From Nannocystis radixulma (GTDB lineage Bacteria; Myxococcota_A; Polyangia; Nannocystales; Nannocystaceae): a stretch of 64,000 bases of DNA. Location of the stretch: positions 409,350-473,349 of the forward strand of contig NZ_JAQNDN010000024.1 in the NCBI RefSeq assembly GCF_028369095.1, written 5' to 3'. The notes beneath the pieces are model-generated. The model did not search any database and was not told where the DNA came from. It saw only the letters and a list, made by a program, of their open reading frames with translations. This document shows, piece after piece, positions 52,283-62,029 of the stretch; within the stretch, counting starts at the first letter, position 1, and each line of letters starts with the position of its first letter. A program made the position numbers and the translations under genes.

Positions 52283-53245
52283 TCAGCCCGGGATGACGAA
52301 GCACTGGATGCTGGTGTCGATGCGGAAGTTCGACTGGGTGGTGTGGCGCTCGGCGTGGAAGATGTCCATCGGGTAGGTGCCGCCGAGCTGGATGCCGAAG
52401 AAGCCGGCGTTGGCGTCGAGGTCGATCGAGTCGCTGAGGGCGCCGTGGACGCCGCCGAGGTCGATGGCGAGCTTGCCGTTGATGAACAGCCACAGGTCGT
52501 CGTCACCGGTGAATGTGAACACCTCGCCGCCCGAATAGGTGAACTCGGTGTGGATCTCGGTGGTGAAGTGGAAGTTGTGATCCTCGCCCTGGTTGCCCCA
52601 GCCCTGGTCGTCGATCGGGAAGAAGTTGTTGTTCTGGTAGGTGTATTGACCGGGCATGACCTCGGTCAACATGATCTCGATCTCGAACGATTGGTTGACG
52701 TCGGGGACGTCGTTGTACCACTGGGCGAACTCGGCCGGGCCCGTGGTGACCGAGGTGCCGCCGGCGTGGGCGTAGACCGGCTTCTTGTCGGGGCCGAGCT
52801 GCGACTGGACGATGCCGTCGAGGGTGCCACCGTAGCTCTCGAAGTCGGGGTGGCTGTTCTTGAAGTCGCGCACGACGGCCTTGAGCACCGAGGTGCACTC
52901 GGGCGGCGGGTCGCCGGTGGTGGTGGTATTCGTGGTGGTGGTCGTCGTCTCGGTGGTGGTGGTCGTGGTGGTGGTCGTGTCGGGCCCGGTGGTGGTCGTG
53001 GTGGTGCCCGGGTCGACGGGGCCGGTGGTGGACGTGCCAGTGGTCGGCGCGTCGGTGGTGGCGTCGGTGCCGGTCGGGTCGACCTCGGTGGTGGTGCCGG
53101 GCTCGGTGCTCGCGGTGCCGGGCGTGACGGTGATGTTCGTCAGGCTGCCGGCGCTGTCGCTGGTGCCCTGGACGTAACCGGAGTCGCCGCAGGCGAGCAG
53201 GACGAGGGCCGAGAAGGGGAAGCTGTATTTGAAGACATGTCGCAT
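52283..53245 (-). CDS. Secreted lipoprotein with a poly-Thr linker and a C-terminal fibro-slime/PA14-like domain
   Basis: MRHVFKYSFPFSALVLLACGDSG lipobox. The start codon region ATGCGACATGTCTTC is itself one palindromic unit. The domain shows DFKNSHPDFE and GDDDLWLFINGKLAIDLGGVHG. Confidence 0.7.
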   Translation of the reverse strand: MRHVFKYSFPFSALVLLACGDSGYVQGTSDSAGSLTNITVTPGTASTEPGTTTEVDPTGTDATTDAPTTGTSTTGPVDPGTTTTTTGPDTTTTTTTTTETTTTTTNTTTTGDPPPECTSVLKAVVRDFKNSHPDFESYGGTLDGIVQSQLGPDKKPVYAHAGGTSVTTGPAEFAQWYNDVPDVNQSFEIEIMLTEVMPGQYTYQNNNFFPIDDQGWGNQGEDHNFHFTTEIHTEFTYSGGEVFTFTGDDDLWLFINGKLAIDLGGVHGALSDSIDLDANAGFFGIQLGGTYPMDIFHAERHTTQSNFRIDTSIQCFVIPG

Positions 53246-53516
53246 GGGACGCTCACGCGGGACGGGCGCTCGACGATCCGCCTCATACCACGCCCGCGCC
53301 CCCGACTGCGTCGGGGGATGTCCGGGTGAGGCTCGCCTGCGAACGGCGCGGCGATGGCGGGCGTCGGCGCGCGGCGGTCTCGTGCGTGTTGCCGGCGGCC
53401 CACGCGCGGTCGGGAGCGCGTGGAGTCGACCGTCGGGCTCGCTGTCGACAAGGAGGACGCGTGGGGACGCGCACGAATTCGAGTTCCGCGCTTCCGGCTG
53501 CTCGCGCCGGGGACAG

Positions 53517-54332
53517 TCAGTTCCCCGACACGGTCTGCTGGTAGACGTGACCACACACGTCTGCGGGACAGCTCGGTTCGGCCGGATTGCCGTTCGTGCC
53601 GAATAGGATGTTCACATAGTAGGTCGTGTTCGGCTCGAGGTGGCAGTAATTGGGGACCGTGTTCGAACCGATCTCCCAGCCGAGGCTGCCCACCGCACCT
53701 CCCGCCGCATGGCAGGCGTCCATGGTCGACGAAAAGTCGCCCGGGCAGCGACTGATCGACCAGTAGGACCACGCGGACGCGAGCGCCGCATCGGCCTCAC
53801 GAAACAGCTGCCCGATCTGCGCCTGATCGGCGGTGGTTTCGAATGCGAGTGCGACGTATTGTCCGCTGTAGACGCCGAGCGCGAAGCCGGCCAACGCGCC
53901 CCATTGGGTCGACCGGTTGTCTCCGGTCTGCGCGTTGTGTGCCTCCCAGATCCCGGCGTACCGGGTCACGTCGACGTTGTCGAGGTACGCGTTGGTGCGC
54001 ACCTGCGCCACGGTTTGACGGACAGGGCCGGCAATCGTCACCCCGCTGCAATCGACCGGCACGCTGCCGTCTCCGCTGTCTCCGCTGCTCGCGTCGGACC
54101 CGTCGCCGCTGCTGGTCGGGGCTTCGCCCGAGGAGCTGGTGGACGTGCCGGATCCCGAAGCGTCGGAGGCGTCGCCGCTGCTGGTCGGGGCTTCGCCCGA
54201 GGAGCTGCTGGACATGGCGGTGCCGGAGCTACTGGTCGAGGTCGAGGGCCCGGGATCGGTGTCGGACGATGATTCCACGGAGCTGCCGCATGCTGCCATG
54301 CACATCATCACGGCCCAAGGAGCGATTCGCAT
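53517..54332 (-). CDS. Secreted lipoprotein with a Ser-rich linker and a Cys-containing C-terminal domain
   Basis: MRIAPWAVMMCMAACGSS lipobox and a long Ser/Gly/Asp linker. Confidence 0.6.
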   Translation of the reverse strand: MRIAPWAVMMCMAACGSSVESSSDTDPGPSTSTSSSGTAMSSSSSGEAPTSSGDASDASGSGTSTSSSGEAPTSSGDGSDASSGDSGDGSVPVDCSGVTIAGPVRQTVAQVRTNAYLDNVDVTRYAGIWEAHNAQTGDNRSTQWGALAGFALGVYSGQYVALAFETTADQAQIGQLFREADAALASAWSYWSISRCPGDFSSTMDACHAAGGAVGSLGWEIGSNTVPNYCHLEPNTTYYVNILFGTNGNPAEPSCPADVCGHVYQQTVSGN

Positions 54333-54472
54333 GCTGGTGATCATAGCGATTAATAGGTCCATCCATACCGCAAATTCCTGATCGGGTCCAGGCTCGGACC
54401 TGCGCGTGGGCGCTGGTCCGCCTGGACGGATGACCGCGATCCGCAGCGCGGACCCGAGCGCCGGAGGGCGGC

Positions 54473-55780
54473 TTGACGAGGGACGGTTCGATGATATTTA
54501 AAAGTCTCATGCGAGATCAACAAGTATCACACATCGTCGTGTTCTTCGCCTGCGTCGCGCCTGCCGCGTGCAGCGAGCCCGAGGGGACGGACGTCCCGGA
54601 CTACGCCCGGAGCGTCGCCCCGCTGCTCGAGCAGCACTGCGTCGGCTGCCACTCTGCCGGCATGGTCGCTCCCTTCGCGCTCGAGACCTACGCCGACGCC
54701 CGCGACTTCGGCCCCGCGCTGGTCGCCGCCGTGCAGGCGCGGACGATGCCGCCGTGGAACCCCGACAACTCGGGCACGTGCCAGAGCTACAGCAACGCGC
54801 GGTGGATGACCGACGAGGAGATCGCGACCCTCGCGGCGTGGGTCGACGCCGGCATGCCCGAAGGAGAGCCCCGGGGCCCGCTCGTCGCGCCGGCGGCCGA
54901 GCCGCTGGCGCTGACCGTCGAGCTCGGCATGACCGAGCCCTACACGCCGGCGGGCACGCCCGAGCACCCCATGGACGACTACCGCTGCTTCGTCGTGCCG
55001 GGGTTCGCCGCGCCGACCTTCGTCACGGGCTATCAGCTGTCCCCGGGGCAGCTCGCGCAGGTGCATCACGTCATCGGCTACGCCGTCGCCGATCCCGCCA
55101 CGGAGGCGAGCCTCGCCGAGCGCGACGCGGCGGCGCCGGGGCCCGGCTTCCCGTGCTTCGGTGGGCTGGCCGACGATGTCCTCGGCGTGTTCGGGTGGGC
55201 CCCCGGCTCGCTGGGCGAGCGTTACCCCGCCGGCGTCGGCGTCGAGGTCCCGGCCGCGGGCAGCCTGGTGCTCGAGGTCCACTACAACCTCGCGGCCGGC
55301 ACCCGGCCCGACCTCACGCGCGTGGCGTTCGAGGTCGCGCCGCAGGTCGAGTGGCCCGTGCTGCTGTTCGCGTACGACGACCTGGCGCTGCGGCTCGACC
55401 CGGGCCTCGCCGCGGCGAAGCACGAGCACAGCTTCCGGTTCACCGACTTCGGCCTGGACGAGCCGATGCTGGCCTTCGGCGTCGCGCCGCACATGCACAC
55501 GCGGGGGCGCACGCAGCGGCTGGTCGCCGAGCGCCCGGACGGCGCGTCGACATGTCTCATGGACGTCCCGCGCTGGGACTTCCACTGGCAGGACGTGGGC
55601 CTGTACACTGAGCCCGTGCCGCTAGGCCCCGACGACCTGCTCCGCACGACCTGCACCTACGACACGCGCGGCGACCAGGCGCCGATCGCGTGGGGCGAGG
55701 ACACCGACGACGAGATGTGCCTGTCGACGCTCCTCGTCGCCCGCGCGAACGGCCGCCCGTGGGCGGAGCTGCTGGAATGA
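54473..55780 (+). CDS. PHM/DBH-like type II copper monooxygenase with an N-terminal c-type haem motif; secreted
   Basis: CVGCH (CxxCH) near the N-terminus; a CuH-like site HHVIGY...HYN and a CuM-like site HMHTRG...DEMC. Confidence 0.6.
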   Translation: MTRDGSMIFKSLMRDQQVSHIVVFFACVAPAACSEPEGTDVPDYARSVAPLLEQHCVGCHSAGMVAPFALETYADARDFGPALVAAVQARTMPPWNPDNSGTCQSYSNARWMTDEEIATLAAWVDAGMPEGEPRGPLVAPAAEPLALTVELGMTEPYTPAGTPEHPMDDYRCFVVPGFAAPTFVTGYQLSPGQLAQVHHVIGYAVADPATEASLAERDAAAPGPGFPCFGGLADDVLGVFGWAPGSLGERYPAGVGVEVPAAGSLVLEVHYNLAAGTRPDLTRVAFEVAPQVEWPVLLFAYDDLALRLDPGLAAAKHEHSFRFTDFGLDEPMLAFGVAPHMHTRGRTQRLVAERPDGASTCLMDVPRWDFHWQDVGLYTEPVPLGPDDLLRTTCTYDTRGDQAPIAWGEDTDDEMCLSTLLVARANGRPWAELLE

Positions 55781-56424
55781 CCCAATCGGCGAAGCCGCCG
55801 CTGCGACCCTCCGCGCGCGAGGCGATCCTCGAGGCCGCGATCGACGTGCTCGCCGCGAACCCCGGCGCGGGGTTGGACGTCATCGTGCAGCGCGCGGGCG
55901 TCGGGCGGGCGACGCTGTTTCGCCACTTCGCCACGCGCACCGATCTGCTGCGCGCCGCCGGCCTCCTCGCGCTGGCCGAGCTCCGCGCGCGGCTCGGCCA
56001 GCCCGAGCTCGTCCGCGGTCCGATCCGCGCGCGCCTGGAGCACCTGTTCAAGATCCTCGTCGAGGCCGGGAACCGGGCGCACTTCCTGCTCGTCGCCGCC
56101 GAGCTGTTCGACGATCCCGAGCTGACGCGCGCCTCGAACGAGATCGAGGCCCGCGTCACCCCGGTGCTCGACGAGGCGGTCCGCGAGGGCGTCATCCGCG
56201 GCGACGTCCCGGGCGCGTTCTTTCGGGACGTCTTCGAATCGATGCTGTACGGCGCCTGGACCAGCGTCGCTCACCAGCGCATCACCGCCGCGGACGCGCA
56301 GAGGTGGCTGCTCGAGACGTTCCTGCACGGCTTCGGGTCGGCGGGGCGCAGCGAGGCGCCGCGGCCGGCCGCTCGCGCGCGCAAGGCCGGGCGCGCGGCT
56401 CCGGGCCGCGGCTCGCGGAATTGA
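55777..56424 (+). CDS. TetR-family transcriptional regulator
   Basis: ILEAAIDVLAANPGAGLDVIVQRAGVGRATLFRHF HTH; ATGA overlap with the upstream monooxygenase stop. Confidence 0.8.
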   Translation: MTQSAKPPLRPSAREAILEAAIDVLAANPGAGLDVIVQRAGVGRATLFRHFATRTDLLRAAGLLALAELRARLGQPELVRGPIRARLEHLFKILVEAGNRAHFLLVAAELFDDPELTRASNEIEARVTPVLDEAVREGVIRGDVPGAFFRDVFESMLYGAWTSVAHQRITAADAQRWLLETFLHGFGSAGRSEAPRPAARARKAGRAAPGRGSRN

Positions 56425-56641
56425 GAGGGCGCCGACCGCCGTCGGTGCGATGTGGCGCGGGCATCGCCTCGGCGAGAACCCACTTGCGAACCACGTGCGT
56501 GGGGACGCGAGGCTCGAACGCGTGGCGATGGTTCGCGGCGGCGAATGCGTGTAGGCGGGGAGACCTCCCGAATTGACGGCGGTGGTCCAGGACGCAGGCT
56601 CGGCGTGGAGGTGCGCCGGCGCGGTCGCGGGTGCGATGAAA

Positions 56642-56666
56642 TCAGATGTCCTTCGAGACATCCGCA
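56642..56666. repeat. Two palindromic units (cagATGTCCttcg-agACATCCgc) upstream of the 56719 gene
   Basis: Centres at 56646 and 56660, 14 bp apart. Confidence 0.45.
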
Positions 56667-56718
56667 CTCGCGCGCCGCGGTGGACACGGAGCGGCCGGGG
56701 CACTAGCCTTCGCAGCCG

Positions 56719-57705
56719 ATGCCCGCCCGCGCACTCCGACTCGTGTCCCTCGCGCTGCTCGTGACGGCAGCGCCCGCCTGCGTGAAGCACTCGTCGACGC
56801 CGATGACGGGCAAGGTCGAGGTGCCGCTGTCCGACCGGCGGATCGGGCAGTACATCTCGTCGGGCTGGTCGTTCGACACGTCGAGCTTCTGGATCGAGGG
56901 GCCCGAGGGGGTGGTGGTGATCGATGTGCAGTTCCTGCCCTCGGTGGCGGCGGAGGTCATCGCGGCGGCCGAGCGAGTGACGCGCAAGAAGGTGGTGGCG
57001 GCGATCGTGCTGCACGCCAACCCCGACAAGTTCAACGGGACGGCGACGTTCCAGGCCCGCGGGATCGAGGTGTGGACGGCAGAGCAGGTGCTGGCGCTGA
57101 TCCCCGAGGTGTTCGCCCGCCGCACCGAGGCGTTCGCCGAGCGCTACGCGCCCGATTGGCCGACGGCGGTGCCGCAGCCCAAGAGCTTCGGGGCGGCGAC
57201 GACGACGCTGAAGCTGGCCGGCCTCGAGCTGAAGGCGCACGTGCTCGGACCCGGCTGCAGCGCGGCGCACGTGGTGATCGAATGGGAAGACCACGTGTTC
57301 GTCGGCGACCTGGTGGCCAACCAGGCCCACGCGTGGCTCGAGATCGGCGAGACGGACGCGTGGCTGCAGCGGCTGTCCGAGATCGAGGCGATGACGCCGC
57401 GCCACGTGCACCCGGGCCGGGGTCGCTCGGCGGGGCCGGAGCTGCTGACGGCCCAGCGCGAGTACCTGCAGACGGTGATCGACCTGGTGAAGGCGGAGAA
57501 GCCGACGACGCCGCCCGAGCCGGCGGCGGTGCTGCGGGTGCGCGCGGAGCTCGAGCGCAAGTACGAGGGCTACCGCTTCCCGGTGTTCCTCGAGATCGGG
57601 CTGCCCGCAGTGTGGCGCCGGTTGGCGCAGGCGAACCCACCGGCGAGCGCGAGCGCGAACGAGGGCGATCAGCCCGCCGGGTCGAACCCGACGTCGCAGC
57701 CGTAG
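56719..57705 (+). CDS. Lipoprotein, possibly a divergent MBL-fold metallo-hydrolase
   Basis: LLVTAAPACVK lipobox; His/Asp-rich segments (LHANPDKFNG, HVVIEWEDH); fold assignment tentative. Confidence 0.45.
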   Translation: MPARALRLVSLALLVTAAPACVKHSSTPMTGKVEVPLSDRRIGQYISSGWSFDTSSFWIEGPEGVVVIDVQFLPSVAAEVIAAAERVTRKKVVAAIVLHANPDKFNGTATFQARGIEVWTAEQVLALIPEVFARRTEAFAERYAPDWPTAVPQPKSFGAATTTLKLAGLELKAHVLGPGCSAAHVVIEWEDHVFVGDLVANQAHAWLEIGETDAWLQRLSEIEAMTPRHVHPGRGRSAGPELLTAQREYLQTVIDLVKAEKPTTPPEPAAVLRVRAELERKYEGYRFPVFLEIGLPAVWRRLAQANPPASASANEGDQPAGSNPTSQP

Positions 57706-58946
57706 CGGACGTCGAGCTTGGCGGCCTGGTCGGCCTGGACCTCGGCGCAGGCGTCGGGGCACAGAACGACGGTGGCGTTCTCGATGTAGAAGGCGTCGGG
57801 CTCGCAACTGGCGAGGTCGACGACCTGGTGGAACGGCTTGGGCGGGGCCATCCCGCCGACCTGGTAGTCGATCTCGATCGTGTTCGGATCGATCTCACCC
57901 ATCGGCGGCTCGGGGATCGGGAACGAACAGGCGATCGGGGTGCTCTCGACGACGTCCTTGGCGATCTCCTGGAAGAGGACGCCGAAGGCGCCGGTCTGCG
58001 ACAGCGGGAAGCGCCAGCCGCCGCTGAGCACGCTGACGCGCTGGATCGAGTCGCCGTTGCCCTGCATCGGATCGCCCGGCAACCACGGGGCGTCCGGCGG
58101 GTTGTTGGGGCTCATGTCGATGATGGTGTGGAAGACGTAGTCGCGCGCGCCGGGGGTGCCGAAGTGCGGCGGGTTCAAGGCCAGCAGGGCGGCGTCGAAG
58201 GCGTCACCGTCGGCGTCGGTGTCCGAGGCGCTGCTGCCGTCGGTCATGGCGAGGAAGACCTTGCGCGTGCCGTCGCGCAGGAAATCCTTGTAGCCGCCCG
58301 GGGCGAGGCCGTGGACGTCCGGGGCGCTGTACCAGGCGAGGATGTTGGCGAGGAAGGCGCCCGAGCCGGTGGCGGCGTCGTAGTGCTTGTAACGCTCGGT
58401 GACGGCAGGGACGGGCGGAGGCGCGTTGCAGTCGGTGCCCGACAGCGGCGAGCTGATGCAGATCGAGAGCTGATCGCCGGGCGGGTAGTCGCCGAGCACG
58501 ATGACGCGGTAGTCGATGTTGCTGGCGGCGAGGATGGCGGCAAAATCGACGTTGATGCTGGCCTCGACGGCGGCGATGGCGGCCTGCATCGAGTTGGAGG
58601 TGTCGACGACGACGATGACGTCGACGGGGATCGACTGCACCTGCGGCTCGAGCATCTGCGCGGCACACTCGCCGGTGGTCATGTCGCCCTGGTCCGGCTG
58701 GACGCCGAGGTCGAGCTTGGGAGTGCCCGAGGTCGAGACGGTGGTGGAGGTCGGCTCGTCGACGGTGGTGGTGCCGTCGGTGGTGGTGGCCTCGGTCGGG
58801 CCGAGGGTGGTCGGGCCAGGGCTGGTGGTGGTCTGCGTGGCGCCGTTCGCGGTGTCCTGAGGGCGGCCGTCGTCGCCGCAGGCGAGGAGCAGCAAGGCGC
58901 ACAAGAGAAGCGAATGAGTGCGAGACATGGCGCGATGGTACTGCAT
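57669..58946 (-). CDS. Secreted lipoprotein with a von Willebrand factor type A (vWA) domain
   Basis: LLLLACGDDG lipobox, Thr linker and a MIDAS-like VIVVVDTSNSM. Confidence 0.7.
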   Translation of the reverse strand: MQYHRAMSRTHSLLLCALLLLACGDDGRPQDTANGATQTTTSPGPTTLGPTEATTTDGTTTVDEPTSTTVSTSGTPKLDLGVQPDQGDMTTGECAAQMLEPQVQSIPVDVIVVVDTSNSMQAAIAAVEASINVDFAAILAASNIDYRVIVLGDYPPGDQLSICISSPLSGTDCNAPPPVPAVTERYKHYDAATGSGAFLANILAWYSAPDVHGLAPGGYKDFLRDGTRKVFLAMTDGSSASDTDADGDAFDAALLALNPPHFGTPGARDYVFHTIIDMSPNNPPDAPWLPGDPMQGNGDSIQRVSVLSGGWRFPLSQTGAFGVLFQEIAKDVVESTPIACSFPIPEPPMGEIDPNTIEIDYQVGGMAPPKPFHQVVDLASCEPDAFYIENATVVLCPDACAEVQADQAAKLDVRYGCDVGFDPAG

Positions 58947-59090
58947 GGCGAGGCTGAACGGGGCGCGAAGGTGGGCGCGCGGGGCCGGCGATCGTGGATC
59001 GGCGGGGGCCTGATGAGCTGGTCGATGGGACAGGTGGCGATCGGGGCGCGATGAGCAGTTCGCCGCGCGGAGGGAGTGGCGTGGGGGCTT

Positions 59091-59345
59091 CGCTGATTGC
59101 CGGATGCGCCTCGCGGGGGGTCCGGGGATGGCTCGGCCGCCAGTTCAGCGTGCCGATGACCCCGACTTCGTCGTGGTCATCTCGCCCTCGTATTGGCGGC
59201 CGAGCCATCCCCGGACCCCATGCACGGCTCACCCGTGAGAAGCCGGCCCGCCGTGGTGGGCTTCGATGAGGGATGTCTCTTGGGGCAGGTCGTCGGCGCC
59301 TGTTCGACGGCCTGGTCGGCCGCCGAACAGACGCTTTCTCGCGGA
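59091..59345 (+). repeat. Copy A of a ~255-bp structured element with a perfect 25-bp-stem hairpin (59119-59143 pairs with 59197-59221, 53-nt loop); MITE-like or a structured ncRNA
   Basis: About 90% identical to the inverted copy at 61751-62000. The stem is ggggtccggggatggctcggccgcc ... ggcggccgagccatccccggacccc. Confidence 0.7.
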
Positions 59346-59402
59346 CATGCCGGCGGGCCTCGTGGCGCGGCGAATTCCCGCGACGAGCGGGACGACTGCG
59401 CT

Positions 59403-60284
59403 TCATCCGCCGATGAGGCACACACACATCGGGTAGCCGTCCGCATTGCCGCACACGTCTCGTTTTTTGACGCCCAGTGCGTCCAGCGCCTCGTGAACGC
59501 TCTCTTCGGAGAGGAAGTGGTTGTGGCGAATGGTCGCTATTTGCAGCGGCGAAGAGGCGCCGTTCGCGGCCAGGGCGTCGAGGATCTCCGCCGTCACGAG
59601 CGCCTCGTTGCCCTCCAGCGTGAGCCGTTCGATCGTCGTGAGAGCGGCGAACCCGGCCAGGTCGGCGAGGGCGAGGTTGTTCGCCGCCGGCAGCGTGTCG
59701 GCGCAGAAGCCGATCCGCATCCAGACCAGGGTCTCGAGCGAATCGAAGCGAATCGCCTCGGCGGCTGGATTGCCGTAGAACGTGAAGCCCACGGTCGAGC
59801 GAAGCCGGTCGAAACCGATGGCCGTCCTGAGATTGGTATTGTCGACGATCAGGATCGACTGGACGTTCTGGAGGTTCTCGAGCCCCTCGGTGGACTCGAG
59901 CCGGGTGGTGCCACGAATGTCCAGCGAGCCGTCGATCGTATGGAGGCACTTCAGGAAGGACAGGTCCCGCTGATCGTCATCGCCGAGGAGGATGCGGAGA
60001 TCGCCGCGGACGAGTCCGATGTCTTCCAGGCTCGCCAGATTGGGTCCCGGCCAGACCACGAGATCGCCGTCGTGGACGCGGCCGCAGGGCTCGGGCTCGC
60101 CGGTCGTCGGTTCGCTCGTCGTCGCGGCGCTCGTGGTCTCGTGCTCCGTCGAGCTGCCGCCGGCGTCGTCCTGGGAAGGCTCGTCTCCGCATGCGGCGAC
60201 GAGCAGGTGGAGCGCGAGGAGCGATGACTCGAGGCGAGCCAGGGCCCATGCGCCGCCGCGCAGGAGCGAGCGAGAGCGAGACAT
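59403..60284 (-). CDS. Secreted lipoprotein with leucine-rich-repeat/receptor-L-domain-like repeats
   Basis: LLVAACGDEPSQ lipobox and repeated L-x-x-L-x-x-N/L motifs. Confidence 0.55.
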   Translation of the reverse strand: MSRSRSLLRGGAWALARLESSLLALHLLVAACGDEPSQDDAGGSSTEHETTSAATTSEPTTGEPEPCGRVHDGDLVVWPGPNLASLEDIGLVRGDLRILLGDDDQRDLSFLKCLHTIDGSLDIRGTTRLESTEGLENLQNVQSILIVDNTNLRTAIGFDRLRSTVGFTFYGNPAAEAIRFDSLETLVWMRIGFCADTLPAANNLALADLAGFAALTTIERLTLEGNEALVTAEILDALAANGASSPLQIATIRHNHFLSEESVHEALDALGVKKRDVCGNADGYPMCVCLIGG

Positions 60285-60310
60285 TGTTCGATGGTAGCCG
60301 GTCGCGAACG

Positions 60311-60349
60311 TCTCAGGGCTTCGAGGACATGTCGGCGATGTCGCGCAGG
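60311..60349. repeat. Palindromic repeat units (about 3) in the promoter region of the 59403..60284 gene
   Basis: tctCAGGGCttcgagGACATGTCggcgATGTCGCgc; centres at 60315 and 60329. Confidence 0.5.
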
Positions 60350-61575
60350 ACGTCGTCCGGCGTGCTCGGGTAGGCGGTCTGGCGGCGGAACCACTGCTCG
60401 AGCGCCTCGGCGAGCGGGAGGCCGTTGTCGGCGGCGTAGCGGCGCCAGAACGCGCCCCACCAGCCGGGAGGCTCGCGCTTGCCGGCGCCGCCGTCGTCCC
60501 ACTCGGTGACGCGGCCGGTCTCGCCGGCGTCGACGAGGGAGCCGACGGCGGTCGCGTCGGCGAGCACGCGCTCGAGCTGGGCGCCGATGTCGACCAGGAC
60601 GTCCTCGTCGAGCTGGCCGTCGCTGGTGGCCTTGTAGAACTGCACGGTGACGCGGATCGGGAAGCGTTCGTCGCGGACGATCGGCAGGTCGTCGATCTCG
60701 GTGAACGGGCCCTCGACGTCGCCGTGGCCGATGATGGCGGGCTCGACGACGGAGATCCCGCGCTCCTGCTCCATGACCATCCAGTCCAGGGTCGGCCCGA
60801 ATTGACGCAGCGGGACCTGGATCAGCAGCACCGCGCTCGCGGCGGCCGGGCTGTTACAGGCTGTCTCCGAGGATATGTGTTCGCTCGCACGGGTGGCGGT
60901 GAACGGGGCCCGCTGTCCGGCCTGGTTGAACAGCAGGCGCTGACCCAGGGCGCCGGCGACGGCGAAGGCGTCGCGGTGGTTGTCGACGACGGTGGCGCTG
61001 GTGCCCTCGCGCGTGGCGAGGATCGCCAGCACGGCGGGGTCGCGGCGGCGCGATTGATAATTGAAGATCACCGGGGTGAAGGTGGCGAGGCCGGCGCGCG
61101 GGACCGGGAGCAGACACGCCTGCGGGCTGACGAGGACGTGGGTGTCGCGCGGAGCGAGCAGGGAGCCGACATCGCCCGCCCAGCCGTCCGGACGGGTGAG
61201 GTGGGCGCGCAGGTCGGTGAGGTACTCGCGCAGGCCGATCGTCCGCAGCGGCTCGCCGCGCTCGTTGCCGACGTGCAGGCGCACGACGTCGATCGGCAGG
61301 TCGCCGGTGCGGTCGGCGAAATTTGGAAAACGGATCACCGGCATGCACGTCAGCCAGGGCCGCCCGCGGCTGCGACTCTGCACCTGGATCGTCATGTCGC
61401 TGATGTTCGGGCCGACCATGGAGCCCTTGTAGCGCGCGGTGTCCTCCCAGGTGACGTGCAGGAGGTGGAGGCCGAGCACGTCGAGCTGCGCCCGCGTGGC
61501 GACGTCGATCCGCGGGCGGGCGACCGCCTGCACGACCTCGTGATAGGCCTCGTCCGGATCCTGCGCGGAGCTCAT
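60313..61575 (-). CDS. Hypothetical protein (420 aa) of unknown function
   Basis: Start MSSAQDPDEAYHEVV; balanced composition. Two palindromic units lie in-frame inside it (...SEHISSETAC...). Confidence 0.5.
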   Translation of the reverse strand: MSSAQDPDEAYHEVVQAVARPRIDVATRAQLDVLGLHLLHVTWEDTARYKGSMVGPNISDMTIQVQSRSRGRPWLTCMPVIRFPNFADRTGDLPIDVVRLHVGNERGEPLRTIGLREYLTDLRAHLTRPDGWAGDVGSLLAPRDTHVLVSPQACLLPVPRAGLATFTPVIFNYQSRRRDPAVLAILATREGTSATVVDNHRDAFAVAGALGQRLLFNQAGQRAPFTATRASEHISSETACNSPAAASAVLLIQVPLRQFGPTLDWMVMEQERGISVVEPAIIGHGDVEGPFTEIDDLPIVRDERFPIRVTVQFYKATSDGQLDEDVLVDIGAQLERVLADATAVGSLVDAGETGRVTEWDDGGAGKREPPGWWGAFWRRYAADNGLPLAEALEQWFRRQTAYPSTPDDVLRDIADMSSKP

Positions 61576-61750
61576 GACGTCGGCCAGCGTACCAGCTCGC
61601 GCGGCGCTACAGGATGCTGCGCCGCGCGGGCGTCGTCGCGCTTGCGAATGGCCGGACGGACGACTGGCCATTCGCATATCGCCGCTCGGACTCGACCTGC
61701 GTGCGCGAACGCGAGTGTCGCCGCTTCGCCACGGGAGATGACCCGCCGTT

Positions 61751-62000
61751 TGGGACGCCAGAAAGCGTCTGCTCGGCGGCCGACCAGGCCGACGAGCAGG
61801 CGCAGCCGATCTGCGCCGCAGGATGTCCAGCATCGAAGCCCCCGTCGGCGGGTCGGCTTCTCACGGGTGAGCCGTGCCAGGGGTCCGGGGATGCCTCGGT
61901 CGCCAATACGAGGGCAAGATGACCACGACGAAGTCGGGGTCATCGGCACGCTGAACTGGCGGCCGAGGCATCCCCGGACCCCCCGCGAGGCGCATCCGGC
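61751..62000 (-). repeat. Copy B (inverted orientation) of the ~255-bp hairpin element
   Basis: Reverse complement aligns with 59091-59340 at about 90% identity. The hairpin is preserved, with one compensatory pair (G-C to C-G) and one G.T wobble. Confidence 0.7.
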
Positions 62001-62029
62001 AATCAGCGAAGCGACTGCAGCCGGTCTCC

